Shown: positions 43,191 through 55,638, counted from the stretch's first letter. The stretch: DNA of 64,000 nucleotides from Eledone cirrhosa (GCA_964016885.1 OZ024743.1:50468001-50532000); one strand, 5' to 3'. The notes: a model not told the origin generated them from the sequence alone. A program made the numbers and translations.

Positions 43191-46100
43191 CCCGTGACCA
43201 AGAAATACCGGGATGGCGGCCGGCGGGGAATAGCCATGTCTCTAGGGGAGAACGACCCCTCTAGTCTTGGTTGACACTCGTTCTAGAAGTGGTAACACGA
43301 AATGATTACCCCTTGGCGGATAAGGATAAAACGCGACAAAATAAAGTAAATGTCTAATGATAAAATCTCATACCGGATCGGCCGTCACCCGGGTAAAAAA
43401 GGGCCGCGTCCCTCAGAGAGGAACCAGACTGGGGTCGAAAAATCAGCTAATGGTTCAAACCTTCCCATCACTTCGGAGCTGGAGACCTCCCATAACCGGA
43501 ATACTCCTACTGTTGGCCCTCCATGCTCACCACCAAGAAATCCAAAGAAAAAGAGAGAAAAATGGTCAAGGGAAGATAATAAAGAAGTCCTTGAGGCTTT
43601 CTACACTGCCATGTACTACCCATCAAATACATCGAATACAGAACAAACATATATCAACTGGAAAAAGAAACATCCCGAAAACAGAGGCTATATTGACAGT
43701 AACAAACTAGCCAATATACGAAGAAATATTGTAAGAAAAAAGTTACTAACTGATATAAAAATTGATCAGATCAAGCTAGTAGCACAAAGTCAGCGAAGGG
43801 AAAATGAAGCATGTGTCAGTGAAAACGAGGTAAACTGTAACACTTCGAATCCCAGGGTTGGGGCGGAATCACTAGCAACAGAACAAATTAAAGAAAGGAT
43901 CGAAAAAGTGGAGGGAGTGCATGCTCAGGATGAAACTCCAAATGAAAATAATGAGATCGTAAATGATAAAGAAATGAATGAGAATGAACTTGCCAACTTG
44001 AAGGATGAAATTATGATCGAATGGATGAAAATGAAAGAATCTGACATGGGGCAACGAGACACCCTCCCTAAGATCCAGAACTCCAAACAGAACCAAAAGA
44101 TAATACACAAGACTAACATAATTCTCAAAAACATTATCATCACAAACAAACTAAACATTACTGACTTAAATCATCTCTATTATGCATCGGCTAAAGTCAC
44201 CACTCACTTATGTGGAGTGAAGATGAAAAAACAAAGGAATTCCCACAAGAAATCTACTTGGCAAGATAACATCAATCGCCAAATAAACCTTCTCCGATCT
44301 GACATAGAAATTTTAACAAACTATAAAGTAGGTGAACATGTTAAACAAACTAAACTTAGAAAATTGAAAAAAAAGTACAGTATAAGATCAACATGTGACA
44401 TAGACATGCTGATAGAAACAATCAAGCAAAAAGTGTCGGCCAAAGCTGCTCGTATAAGGCGCTTTGAAAAACGATCTAGATTCTATAAGGACAATAATAT
44501 GTTCAAAAACAACCAAATAAACTTCTACAGAAAAATTGGTACGTCAACAATAACTGCTAAATCAATACCACCCAAGGAGGAAGTGCAAGAATTCTGGGAA
44601 AAGATCTGGGCCGAAGAAAAAGTTCATAACATACATGCCTCATGGATAGACAGACAAATGAAAGAAACAGCTCACCTTGAAGAACAAACATGGGAAAATA
44701 TAACAGTTGAACAGCTGCGCTTGGTTCTAAGAAAAACCAGCAAATGGAAATCCCCAGGAAAAGACAAAATACAAAACTTTTGGATAAATGCCTTCACAGA
44801 GTCTCATGAGCTGTTAGCCCAACTTTACAATGAAATAGTTAAGGAGCCAGAAAAGATACCATCATGGCTAGTTAACGGCATTACATTCCTGCTACCGAAG
44901 AATGATGAGACAAACAATCCCAAAAATTACAGACCGATAACCTGCTTTACCACAATGTATAAAATTTTAACATCAGTCCTAACTGAATACACATATGACC
45001 ACCTGATAACAAATGACCTATTTCCCATTGAGCAGAAAGGGTGTAAACGAGGCTCATATGGCTGTAAGGATCAGCTTCTGGTTAACAAAATGATACTGGA
45101 AGATTGTCATAATAGACACAAAAATCTATCGATTGCTTGGATAGATTATAAAAAAGCATTCGATAGTTTGCCACACAGTTGGATTGAAAAATGTTTAGAG
45201 ATTTTCAAAATATCCCCCGTTGTCAGGAGGTTTTTGTCATTCAGTATGAGGACATGGAGAACGACACTCCTTTTGAATAGTGAAACAAAATCACTGGAAG
45301 CTGGAGAAGTTAACATTAATTGTGGAATTTTTCAGGGTGACTCTTTATCACCGCTTTTATTCTGCATCGCACTTATACCATTAAGTAAAATGCTCAATGA
45401 AACAAAACATGGATATAGAGTCTATGACAAAACCATTAATCACCTGTTCTACATGGATGACCTGAAACTATTTGCAAAAAATGATGAACAATTGCAAGGG
45501 CTATTATCCACTGTGAAGCAGTTCAGTGATGACATTAAAATGGAGTTTGGACTGGATAAATGCGCCAAAGCAACGTTCACCAGAGGAAAGCTGCTGAAGA
45601 GTTCAGACATTAATCTTGATCGGGGGAACGTGATAAGAGAGCTTGATCAAGAAAAAACTTACAAATATCTAGGTGTTTGTGAAGGAGACGGAATCAAGCA
45701 CTCGACAATGAGGGAAAGGATAAGGAAGGAATGTTACCGCAGAGTCAGAGCAATTTTAAGAACGGAATTGAATGCAAGGAATAGGATCGATGCCATAAAC
45801 ACGCTTGCCATACCAGTAGTAACCTACAGTTACAATGTCATCAACTGGTCAAGCACAGAGATCCGTAGGCTCGATACAAAAATCCGAAAATTCTTAACCA
45901 TGCACAGAATGCATCACCCTAAGGCAGACATAGATAGAATATATCTCCCTAGGAAAGAAGGAGGACGTAGGTTAATCCAGTTAGACATTGCGTTGAAAAC
46001 TGCAACAATTGGATTATCCACATATCTAAGGGAATCACATGATTGGATGATCAAACTCGTTTTGAAACACGAAAGCACCAAAAGATCATATTCCATTACA

Positions 46101-47140
46101 AAAGATGCACAAAGATACAGTAATGGACTACACATTTCAGAAGTCCCATTTACTGCTGAAATGGAAAACACAGAAAAAGCAAAGCAGGTAAAAGTAACTG
46201 CAAAGAAAGAACTGCTACAGAAACTGGCTAAGAAATGGCAAGAAAAGCCTCTGTATGGAAAATACCCAGAGCGAGCTAACAATCCTGATGTTGACAAAAC
46301 TTTAACCCATCAGTGGTTGGCATCCTCTGGACTGAAATCGGAGACTGAAGGACTGATTATATCGGCACAAGATCAGTGTCTGCCAACAAAAAATTACCAA
46401 GCCAACATAATAAAAAATGGGTGCAGCCCATTATGCCGTGTATGCAAAAAACAACTAGAGACCATTGACCATATAATTTCAATGTACAGTCCTATAGCTC
46501 CAACCGAATACCTAAACAGGCATGACAGAGCTGCACAATACATACATTGGATAATGTGTAAGCATTTTGACCTGCCCCATCAAAAGAATTGGTGGGAGCA
46601 TCAACCACCTCCCATACTTGAAAAAGATCACATCTCAATCTTGTGGAACTTTAGCATCCAAACAGACCGAAAAATAGATGCAAATAGACCTGATATAATA
46701 TTGAAGGACTTTCAAAGGAGGGTATGCCTGCTAATTGATATGTCTGTTCTAATAGACAAGAATGTATCTATAAAAACATTTGAAAAATTGAGCAAGTATA
46801 AGGACCTGGAGATAGAAATTGGAAAAATGTGGAAATTGAGAACTAAAACAATACCAGTGGTTGTAGGTGCTCTGGGAATGATACCTAAGGGGTCTAACGA
46901 CTACTTATCGCAAATCCCAGGAAACCCGCGTATAGGAGAAATACAAAAGATAGTACTAATGGGAACTGCCCATATACTAAGGAAGATCCTGTCAATATAA
47001 GTACATCACAAGTCTAAACACTAAGGATGCATGTGTGAATATGTATGTTCTTTCTTGAACATGGCGGACCTTGTTGTCTCTTGAGGTCACTGGTTGTGAC
47101 TTGGTGATAACTCGTATAAACATAAAGCAAGATAAATGCA

Positions 47141-47197
<57 letters not shown>
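43191..47197 (+). mobile_element. R4/Dong-type non-LTR retrotransposon, copy 1 (apparently full-length) ending in (AAT)19
   Basis: Single RT-RLE ORF, ~140-bp 3'UTR, (AAT)19 at 47,141-47,197. Dong elements are known to target TAA repeats. The 5' boundary is approximate. Confidence 0.88.
43350..47000 (+). CDS. Reverse transcriptase plus restriction-like endonuclease (R4/Dong clade), 1,216 aa
   Basis: [52 protein letters not shown]; C-terminal CRVC..ETIDH, RHD, NRPDII, LIDM, KLSKY (PD..D/ExK type). Confidence 0.93.
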   Translation: MSNDKISYRIGRHPGKKGPRPSERNQTGVEKSANGSNLPITSELETSHNRNTPTVGPPCSPPRNPKKKREKWSREDNKEVLEAFYTAMYYPSNTSNTEQTYINWKKKHPENRGYIDSNKLANIRRNIVRKKLLTDIKIDQIKLVAQSQRRENEACVSENEVNCNTSNPRVGAESLATEQIKERIEKVEGVHAQDETPNENNEIVNDKEMNENELANLKDEIMIEWMKMKESDMGQRDTLPKIQNSKQNQKIIHKTNIILKNIIITNKLNITDLNHLYYASAKVTTHLCGVKMKKQRNSHKKSTWQDNINRQINLLRSDIEILTNYKVGEHVKQTKLRKLKKKYSIRSTCDIDMLIETIKQKVSAKAARIRRFEKRSRFYKDNNMFKNNQINFYRKIGTSTITAKSIPPKEEVQEFWEKIWAEEKVHNIHASWIDRQMKETAHLEEQTWENITVEQLRLVLRKTSKWKSPGKDKIQNFWINAFTESHELLAQLYNEIVKEPEKIPSWLVNGITFLLPKNDETNNPKNYRPITCFTTMYKILTSVLTEYTYDHLITNDLFPIEQKGCKRGSYGCKDQLLVNKMILEDCHNRHKNLSIAWIDYKKAFDSLPHSWIEKCLEIFKISPVVRRFLSFSMRTWRTTLLLNSETKSLEAGEVNINCGIFQGDSLSPLLFCIALIPLSKMLNETKHGYRVYDKTINHLFYMDDLKLFAKNDEQLQGLLSTVKQFSDDIKMEFGLDKCAKATFTRGKLLKSSDINLDRGNVIRELDQEKTYKYLGVCEGDGIKHSTMRERIRKECYRRVRAILRTELNARNRIDAINTLAIPVVTYSYNVINWSSTEIRRLDTKIRKFLTMHRMHHPKADIDRIYLPRKEGGRRLIQLDIALKTATIGLSTYLRESHDWMIKLVLKHESTKRSYSITKDAQRYSNGLHISEVPFTAEMENTEKAKQVKVTAKKELLQKLAKKWQEKPLYGKYPERANNPDVDKTLTHQWLASSGLKSETEGLIISAQDQCLPTKNYQANIIKNGCSPLCRVCKKQLETIDHIISMYSPIAPTEYLNRHDRAAQYIHWIMCKHFDLPHQKNWWEHQPPPILEKDHISILWNFSIQTDRKIDANRPDIILKDFQRRVCLLIDMSVLIDKNVSIKTFEKLSKYKDLEIEIGKMWKLRTKTIPVVVGALGMIPKGSNDYLSQIPGNPRIGEIQKIVLMGTAHILRKILSI

Positions 47198-47431
47198 CGC
47201 TCCCGTAAGTTTGGATTTTTAACATATTTAAATCAATTGTGAAATAACAATTCTTAGTACAAATGATACATAAAACATCCGGCTTGAGCCCCCAAAAAAT
47301 TCGGATCCATAATATATTGTTATATCGCTCAAATATTCAATTTTGTATTATACATTTTATATTCAAAAAAGAAAATGGTTATAAATGGAAGAAAACCCCC
47401 TCTGTCTACACTATAGAGAACAGCCAAATAA

Positions 47432-48312
47432 CAGCAATTTCACCAACACCAGAAACTAGATACACCACCTACCTCATCACCCCTCTGTGTACACTAAACA
47501 CATCAGCCAGATAACGGCAATTTCACCACCACCACCACCAATCTCAGCATACTAATAGTAATTACTATTATTATTGTCTCAAGTTTTAACAAAATGTTTA
47601 ATACCAATATTAAAGGAATATGTCAACACATATACGCGACTAACCCCATAGATTCACCGATCAAACAAAAATACAGTTCATTCAACAAAACTCAGTAACG
47701 ACAACGCTATCATCACTACAGTCACCGCCACCGCCGCCCATCCATCAGTACTACCACTATCCCATCACCGCCGCCACCACTCCTTCATTGCTACCACCGC
47801 TATCCCCCCCCCCCCCCATTACCTTCTGTTAACTTACGAAAGGGGAAGATGGCGGTATCACTAGACAATATTAATAAACAAGATTAATATTTAATTTTGG
47901 ATCAGGAATGTTAGAGTCGAAAAGGAGGAAAATGACAAAATGACTAAATAACTAAAGATAATTTCACCACCAACACCACCAACACCACCAACACCACCAC
48001 CACTACCACGATGAACACTCTGGTTAAGTCGATTCAACCGCTATTTCTACTCCAACTTCAACACCATCACTACAGTAATACGATCACATCACCACCACCA
48101 CTGCCTAATAATGATTTATCGCTACGGCCGCTATTCTCTCCCACTACCTCCTGCTAGTTGCTGCTATCACAGCACCGCCACCACCACCACTACTGCCTCA
48201 TTATCACTACCGCCGCTATTCTCTCCCGCTACCCCCTGCTACATCGTAGAAACTCCACTAAAAGAGGAAGGCATCAAAATATATAAATAGACTGAATTGA
48301 TGACCCGGTCAA
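47432..48312. repeat. Repeat X second copy, with added (CAC)-rich low-complexity sequence
   Basis: Collinear blocks with 42,503-42,920. Confidence 0.7.
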
Positions 48313-48539
48313 AATCAAAAAAACAAAAATCAAACTCAAAGCAGCACAGCAACAACGAAAAACGTAAAGAAAATAAGAATGAAGAGAAAAACAAACAGAC
48401 GGACAGAGAAGGGAAGGGAAAAACTAAGTCAGACATTCAAACACTACATTACAAAACACTACATTACAATGAAACTTATGCTTATTCATTTTGGGGGGTT
48501 TTTTTGCCTGTTTGTTTGTTTGTTTATTTATGTTCGTCT

Positions 48540-51500
48540 ACAGCGTGATAATGCCACACAAAAATCACGTGGAGTGACGGAACCACCGGAGACGATGAAT
48601 TCACCGGTGGTTATGTAACCATACATTCGCCAATCCTCGATAAGAGTGCTTAAATGTCGAACCTAAACAGTTCGAATAACGGTGAAATGAAGACTAGAAT
48701 GTCATGTGACAGACTCTCACCCAACAGGTGCTCCCTGGCTCAGCAGCAGGGACCTGGCTGTCAACCAAATACTGCTGGTGTCGGAGGAAGAAGAAGAAGG
48801 AAAGGGACCAGAACCAGCTGGACGAAAGAATTGAATAGAACTGTTATGCAATGTTACCTGAAGAGTAACCCCAAGGAGAAAGGCTATAGGAAACGGATGC
48901 ATAACATCTGGAACGAGATTGGTCTATTTAAATTAGATGAACAAAAATTGGCCGGGCAGGCTCGGGTAATAAGAACTAATGGATGGATAAGCGAGCTGGA
49001 ACTGGAGGAACTGAGCAGAGAGATTAGCTTGGAGATGGAGGGTGGAGTATGCCAGGCAAACGAGCCAGTGGGAAATGAAGGTGAAGAGGTCGAGAGAACG
49101 GAGGAACCACCCGAAGCAGACAATGATCTGAATGCTGAGATAAATAATACCTGGAACAGAGATACGGCCACTGAGGAGATGAATGCTGATGGGCTAGGAC
49201 AAGATTTGGTTGATATCCTAAACTTAGTGGTAGATGAATTGAACAATGATAGTGGGAGACCTATGAACCTAAGATTTGTAGACAGGAAAAAGTTAAAAGA
49301 AACAACAGCTAAGGTAAACAAAGTCATCCCATACCTTGAGGAGAGGAGCCTTCGCCAGTGCAACGATATCCTCAAAGCAACAGCAAATACGGTGAGGAAA
49401 CTACTTGGTATAAAAGCGAGAGGAAACAACAGACAAGAAAGAGCAGAGCCTCGGTGGAAGAAACGACTGAGTGGTCAAATCAGGGAAATGAGAAATGACA
49501 TTGGAAAGCTTGAGTCCCTACTGAATGGGACACTAAAAAACATAGACACTAAAAATAGACTGGAAATAAAGTACAAAACTAGGAGGAAAAAGCTAAATAT
49601 TATCATAGAGGAACTGAAGCAACGCATTGTAGCAAAGAGTGCAAAAATCAGGCGATACGAGAACAGAGTCAGCCAGTATAGACAGAACCGCATGTTCGAC
49701 AACAACCAGAAGATGCTGTTTGGACAGCTTGAAGGGAAAGAAAGAGGCAACGACTTGATCCCTGAGGCGGAACAAACTAAAACATTCTGGGGAGGAATAT
49801 GGGAGCAGGATGTTAAACATAATGACCAGGAAGTGTGGATTGAGAGAGTACAGAAGGAGATTAGTGAACAGGCACACCAACAAACTGATTTGAGTATCAC
49901 AGTTGAAACTCTTAAGGGGCAGGCCAAAAAACTAACCAACTGGAAATCACCAGGCCCAGATGGCGTGCAGGGGTATTGGATTAAAAATATAACATCCCTC
50001 CACCCGAAACTGACAACCATGTTCAATGACTGCTTGATGTCAGGTGAGGTACCAGAGTGGTTGACAAAAGGTACCACAGTTCTGGTAATGAAAGACCGAA
50101 TCAAGGGTAATGATGTTACCAACTATAGACCTATCACATGTCTCTCCGTAATGTGGAAACTGTTGACAAGCATTATGTCTGAGGAAATCTACCATCACCT
50201 CCACACAAACAACTTGTTACCGGACGAACAGAAAGGATGCCGAAAAAGTCACATGGTACAAAGGACCAGTTACTTATTGATAAGATGGTAATGAGGAATT
50301 GCAAGAGGAGACACACTGGTCTTGCCATGGGATGGATAGACTACAAAAGGGCATTTGACATGGTGCCTCATTCTTGGATCACCAAAAGCCTGGAGATCTT
50401 CAAGGTGGCAGATAACATCAGACAGTTGTTGGGTAAAAGTATGAAGTCCTGGGAAACAGAGTTAACATCAACTGGAGAATCCTTGGGAAGCGTGAAGATC
50501 AAGAGAGGTATCTTCCAGGGAGATAGTCTGTCCCCTCTGTTGTTTGTCCTTGCCCTGATGCCCCTGACCAGTGTACTGCGAAAAGTGAGAGCAGGATACA
50601 GGTTGGGAAAGGGAGGGCTTACCATCAATCACCTCCTCTTCATGGACGATCTTAAGCTCTTCGGGAAGAGTGAGAAGGAGTTGGATGTGCTTGTTGACAC
50701 TGTCCGTATTTTCACCAATGATATATGTATGCAATTTGGTATTAGTAAGTGTGGAGTCATTGTGATGAAGAGGGGTAAGTTGAGCAGAAGTAACGGAATC
50801 CAGGTACCAACGGGTGAGATGATAAAGGAAATTGATGCTGAAGAAGGATACAAATATTTAGGTGTTCTGGAGGCTGATGTCCAAGGAGGAAATAACATCA
50901 AGGAGAAAGAGCAGTCTTCAGGAAAAATCCCTTCATAGTACCTTCTTTGAGAAAACTGAATTTAGAGATCCACAGACATGGAACTGGTTGAAAAGAGGGG
51001 ACCTTAAAAAGGCTACAGAAGGAATATTAATGGCTGCGCAGGAGCAGGTCCTCAAAACGAAGTGGTTGAAACACCATATTTACAAGGAGGAGGCTAGCCC
51101 ACTGTGCAGGATCTGTGGAGAGAGAGAGAGAGGAGACTGTGGCTCACATTGTATCCGAGTGTAAACACCTAGCCCATACTCACTATAAGGGCTGGAGACA
51201 TGATGTGATGGGCAGGGTGATCCACTGGCACCTATGCAAAGTAAATAATTTACCACATTCTGAGAAGTGGTATGAGCATAAGCCAGAGGCGGTGATAGAA
51301 AACGATCAGGTGAAGCTGCTGTGGGATTTTAGGATACGGACGGACAAGAAACTGGAACACAATAGACCTGACCTGGTGGTTGTGGACAAAAAAAAAAAGA
51401 TCGTGCCTGATTGTGGATGTGGCCTGCCCATTCGACACGAGAGTGCAAGAGAAGGAGAGGGAGAAAATTAACCGATACGAGGACTTAAAGTGGAAGGTAA

Positions 51501-51768
51501 AAAGGATTTGGAACTGCCATGAAGTCAAAGTGATCCCGATTGTCATAGGCGCACTAGGGACTATCTCAAAAAGTTTCCAGGGATGGTTAAAGAAAATTGG
51601 CCCCTTCACGCTTTTTGGAACGCTTCAAAAGGCATGCTTGCTGGGAACAGCAAGAACCCTCCGATACGTCCTGAATATCTGAGGCTGCAGGTAGTGGCTT
51701 GATATTCATTTCAACAAACTTTCCAGTTAGCTAACATCAATGACTGAGACTCAAAGAGTAATAACAAC

Positions 51769-51801
<33 letters not shown>
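48540..51801 (+). mobile_element. R4/Dong-type retrotransposon, copy 2 (different family, decayed) ending in an (AAT)n tract
   Basis: RT-RLE fragments, short 3'UTR, (AAC)/(AAT) tract at 51,759-51,801. The 5' boundary is approximate. Confidence 0.85.
48654..51682 (+). pseudogene. RT-RLE ORF with frameshifts and an internal deletion
   Basis: [76 protein letters not shown]. Frameshifts near 50,250, 50,900, 51,125 and 51,395. Confidence 0.9.
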
Positions 51802-51803
<2 letters not shown>

Positions 51804-51804
51804 T

Positions 51805-54800
51805 GATTTCTTTATTGGCCACAAGGGCTGACATCAAGAAAAACATCACAGATGGAACAGGACGGTATGATGTGCGTTTTGTGCGTGTAAATATTTTTAC
51901 TATTTATATGAGAAAAGAAAAAAGACATAAAACATATATATATAAACAATAAAATGAAAATTGAAACAATGAAAAATTCCCCAATAGGGGGGAAACCTCC
52001 GAGGGTTACTCGTGGCGAAAACCACACAAAACACCACGGCCACCCTGACTACCAGGGCAAGCGCCCTCTCTCAATTTTTCCATCTCTCAAACTACAGACG
52101 TATATTCAGAGTGGTCCCGTTTACTCGGACCATTCTCGCTACATTCACCCACCTTTCAACAAACTTGCTAGAAAGCAGCACTTGCCTCTCCACCCTGATT
52201 TTCCTCTTCAAGTGAAACTTGAAAAAGTTAATTAGGGATTCGCCGAAGAGGAAAGTGTTTGTCTTTAATCCTTTTAACCTTGTCCACCACACAATCTCTT
52301 TCACCATGGCCACCAGGCAGATGAAAACCGCCTGCCCTTTCCTCCTCAAAGGAAGACGGCGAGACCATCTGCACAATGGACTCAGTCGACAACCTGATCA
52401 GTCCCACACGTGACAGCAACTGTTCGACATAGCTCCACAAGTCAGCAATGCTCGGGCACTGAACGAGTGCGTGCACAACGGTTTCGTCGCTATGCGCGCA
52501 TCTCGGACAGGCTCGGCTGACAGCACTTCCGTGCCTGTAGAGCTTATCTCAAACCGGCAACGCTCCCCGGTAGCACTGCCAGGCCAGGGATTTTTGGAAG
52601 TTATCCATAGGCCCCGGGCTGAAAGTTCTCCGGAAGAGAGCAAACAGCTGATCTTCTTCGATGCCCAGGATCTCTCCGAGAACGTCGTCGCTCTTCCCCT
52701 CCACTAGTCCTCTATCAAACGCCGAGGTGGATGTTCCATCGATACTGGTGCCCAACTGGGAGAGGGCAGTGAACGCCTGGAGACATTCCAGTTTCCAAGC
52801 GCTATCCCTCGGTCTTTTTCTGACCCAGGACTGCAGCTCCGTCAAGGAGACGAGCTGTGGGAAAATGTGCCTGGCGAACGGCGACCACACCCGTTCACCA
52901 TCAAGAAAGCACCAGAGATGTCGCAGCCTCAGCGCATGTTTGCGCATCATCAGCCATGGCATGCCCAGTCCTCCACGCAACGGGTGTTGACAGCAGATGG
53001 ATCGTCTGACCATGGGAGCGCGTCTCTTCCACAAAAAGCGGAAGAGGAGGCGCTCCATTTTGGTGAGAGTTGGGCTGGAGCAAGGGACGACGGTGAGGCG
53101 GTAGCAGATGACGGAGGCGATGTACGCATTCGCCACTTCCGCCCGGCCTTTCAGGGACAGTTTCCTCTCAGCCCATTTCTGGGTTAGGGAGGTCACCTTG
53201 CTCGTCACCTCGTTCCAGTTTTTCTCCATATGGAGGTCCGGTCCGAACCAGACCCCGAGCAATTTAACCGGTCCGTCCGTCCAACGCCCCACGACGCTGT
53301 CGGACGGCATGGACTTGCCTCTCCAGGTGCCGAGCTGCAAGCCCACCGACTTTTCCTGGTTTATCTTTGCTCCTGTCACCGCTTCGTATTCCTTGAGAGC
53401 GGTGCCGAGCATCTAGACGTGTCTCGTGCTCGACACCACCACGGTGACGTCGTCAGCGTAAGCCGACTCTGATTTTCCGCATCCTAGTTCGCGGGGGACG
53501 CCCCTCATCGTCCCCAGTTTGTGCAGTAACGGCTCGAGAGCCAATACGTACAAGAGGGACGAGAGGGGACAACCCTGGCAGACTGAGTGCATGATGCTGA
53601 ACGGCTGCGACAGGTGACCGTTCACCCTCACAACTGAGCAGATGTCGCTGTACATTGCTGCGATCCAACGCCTGAAAACGGGCCCGAAACCGGCTGCCTC
53701 GAGGACCGCCGCCAGGTACCGATGGTCGACCCTATCAAATGCTTTGGATTGATCCAAGTTGATCAGGGCCCCACCCTTGCCAGGTTCCTTAACCACCCTC
53801 TCTATGATGTATCGCATGAGGTAGAGGTTGTCGTGTATGGATCTGTCCGGAATGGCGCATGTCTGCGCCTCTCCCACCAGACCCTTGACGACAAGCGCCA
53901 ACCTCGTTGCTAACACCTTGGCCAAAATCTTGAACTCTGCGTTTAGCAGAGTTATGGGCCTGAAATTATCAATAACATCCCCCTTGTTCGCGTCTTTTCT
54001 CAGCAGCGCCACTCCTCCCGGCTCACAAAACTGGGAATGCTCCCGTTCTGCTGCCAGTTGCAGTAGACGTCTGCCAAGAGGTCACCAAACAAGTCTGGCA
54101 TAAATGCATAAAGCTCGTAGGGCAGACCATCTAACCTGGCGATTTACCTCTTGTGCAGTTAGCCATCGCTTCCCGTATTTCACAGGCTGTTATTGGCTTT
54201 TCGCAACACTGTGCTGCGGTCGTCGAGAGCCGAGGCAGTCCGTCGAGGTATGCACTGAAGTCCATGCCCCGATCCGGGCCGCCGCCGCTCCCGAGCATTT
54301 CAGCAAAGTGCTGCTGAAAAGCTTCACACATCCGCTCGGGTTCGAGCATCACGCACCCGTTTTGGTCAGACAAAGACCGAATTGTGGCTTTATTACCACG
54401 TCGCGCCTCTGCCACCCGGGCCCATTGGACGGCTTTTGTCCCCTCGTGTTTCAGAGCACGCGCTCTAGCTCTGACAACGCAGCCTTCGTGTTTTGCGTTG
54501 AAGAATTGGTCGAGTGCCAATATCGCCGCAAGCACGTCGGTTGCGATGCCTGTCCTAAACGCCTCTTCTAGCTTTCTGACTAGCTCTCCCTCTACTCTAT
54601 TTTCCTCTATCGCTACTCCTTTGCTAAACCTAATCGACTCTACTTTAATTGCCCTTTTCAGGGCGAACCACCACCTGTCGTTGACGACCGCTCCCGTCAA
54701 CGCCCGCTTAACTAATACGCTAATCCAGTCTCTGTAGGCTTTGCGCGCCGGGAAAGACGCGTTCAGCTTCCAGTAACCAAGCCCTTGTCTATGAAGTCTG

Positions 54801-55637
54801 TCTATGTCGATCTCACAGATCACAAATGTGTGGTCTGTGTAGTCGACTATTTTAAATTGTGGACAACTTATACTAGCCTTATCTAGTTCCCTGCATAATA
54901 CCCTATCTAGATACGATCTGGATGACCCGATGCGGTTTGTCCATGTCCACATTGGCACATTCGGGTGATCCAGTCGATACCTGTCAGACAGTTCAAAACG
55001 CCTGAGCAGGTTGGTGAGGCTCTTGCACCCTCCTCTCCTATCCACTAGCCCCACACGATCCCAGCGTGCATCCAAGATACCGTTCCAGTCGCCCACTAGC
55101 ACTAAAGAGCGGGACGTTCCAAGAAAGGTCTCTAGACGTCTGAAGAAATCTGGCCGTCCTGTCCCTGTTGGAGCGTAGACGGCTACTAGCCTGAAAGCAT
55201 TGCCTTCGCTGCCGGTCACGTCCAGTACCACCGACTTACTTTCTGGGTCCAGGAAGATGGTCCGTATCGCGAGATCCAAGCCTCTCCGAAAAAGGACGGC
55301 AACCCCTCCCTCCGATCCTGGACGGCTGGGAGATGCGTATACATCGTAGCCGCCGAAGATCGGTGCGAAAGCCCGTGCCTCGGAGGTTCTGGTTTCACTG
55401 ATGGCCACCACATCTATGTTTAGTGACCTGAGGTCATTGAGCAGGTGACCCTGCTTCCGAGATGACCCCAGGCCACGTGCATTTATACTGCCTATTCTGA
55501 GTACAGCCATGTTGGATGAGAAACGGGGCAAATGAGAAAGGGTCACTTACCTTGTTCGTGTGGTGAAGGGACAGTAGAACCGTCCCTTTCGCTTGTCATG
55601 GGTGTTTCCAAGAGGATGTCAGTGTATATCCTCTTGG
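51805..55637 (-). mobile_element. L1/Tx1-type retrotransposon, copy C (5'-truncated just inside the ORF1 end)
   Basis: Same 3' terminus, tail-to-tail with Dong copy 2. ORF2 closely resembles copy B. Confidence 0.93.
52092..55510 (-). pseudogene. Tx1-type ORF2 with a few stops and frameshifts
   Basis: MAVLRIGSINARGL, LVGDWN, YTDH, LDQSKAFDRVDH, AYADD; in-frame stops at ~54,131 and ~53,413. Confidence 0.93.
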
Positions 55638-55638
55638 T

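Noticed and set aside
43350-47000. Bacterial retron, group II intron, DGR RT or telomerase
   Set aside because: Motif order (RT, CCHC, PD..D endonuclease) and the TAA tail fit R4/Dong non-LTR elements.
46992-47225. Poly-Tyr, poly-Asn, poly-Ile and poly-ER ORFs (also 32,162; 51,740; 55,741; 63,557)
   Set aside because: Translations of (AAT)n and (CT)n microsatellites.
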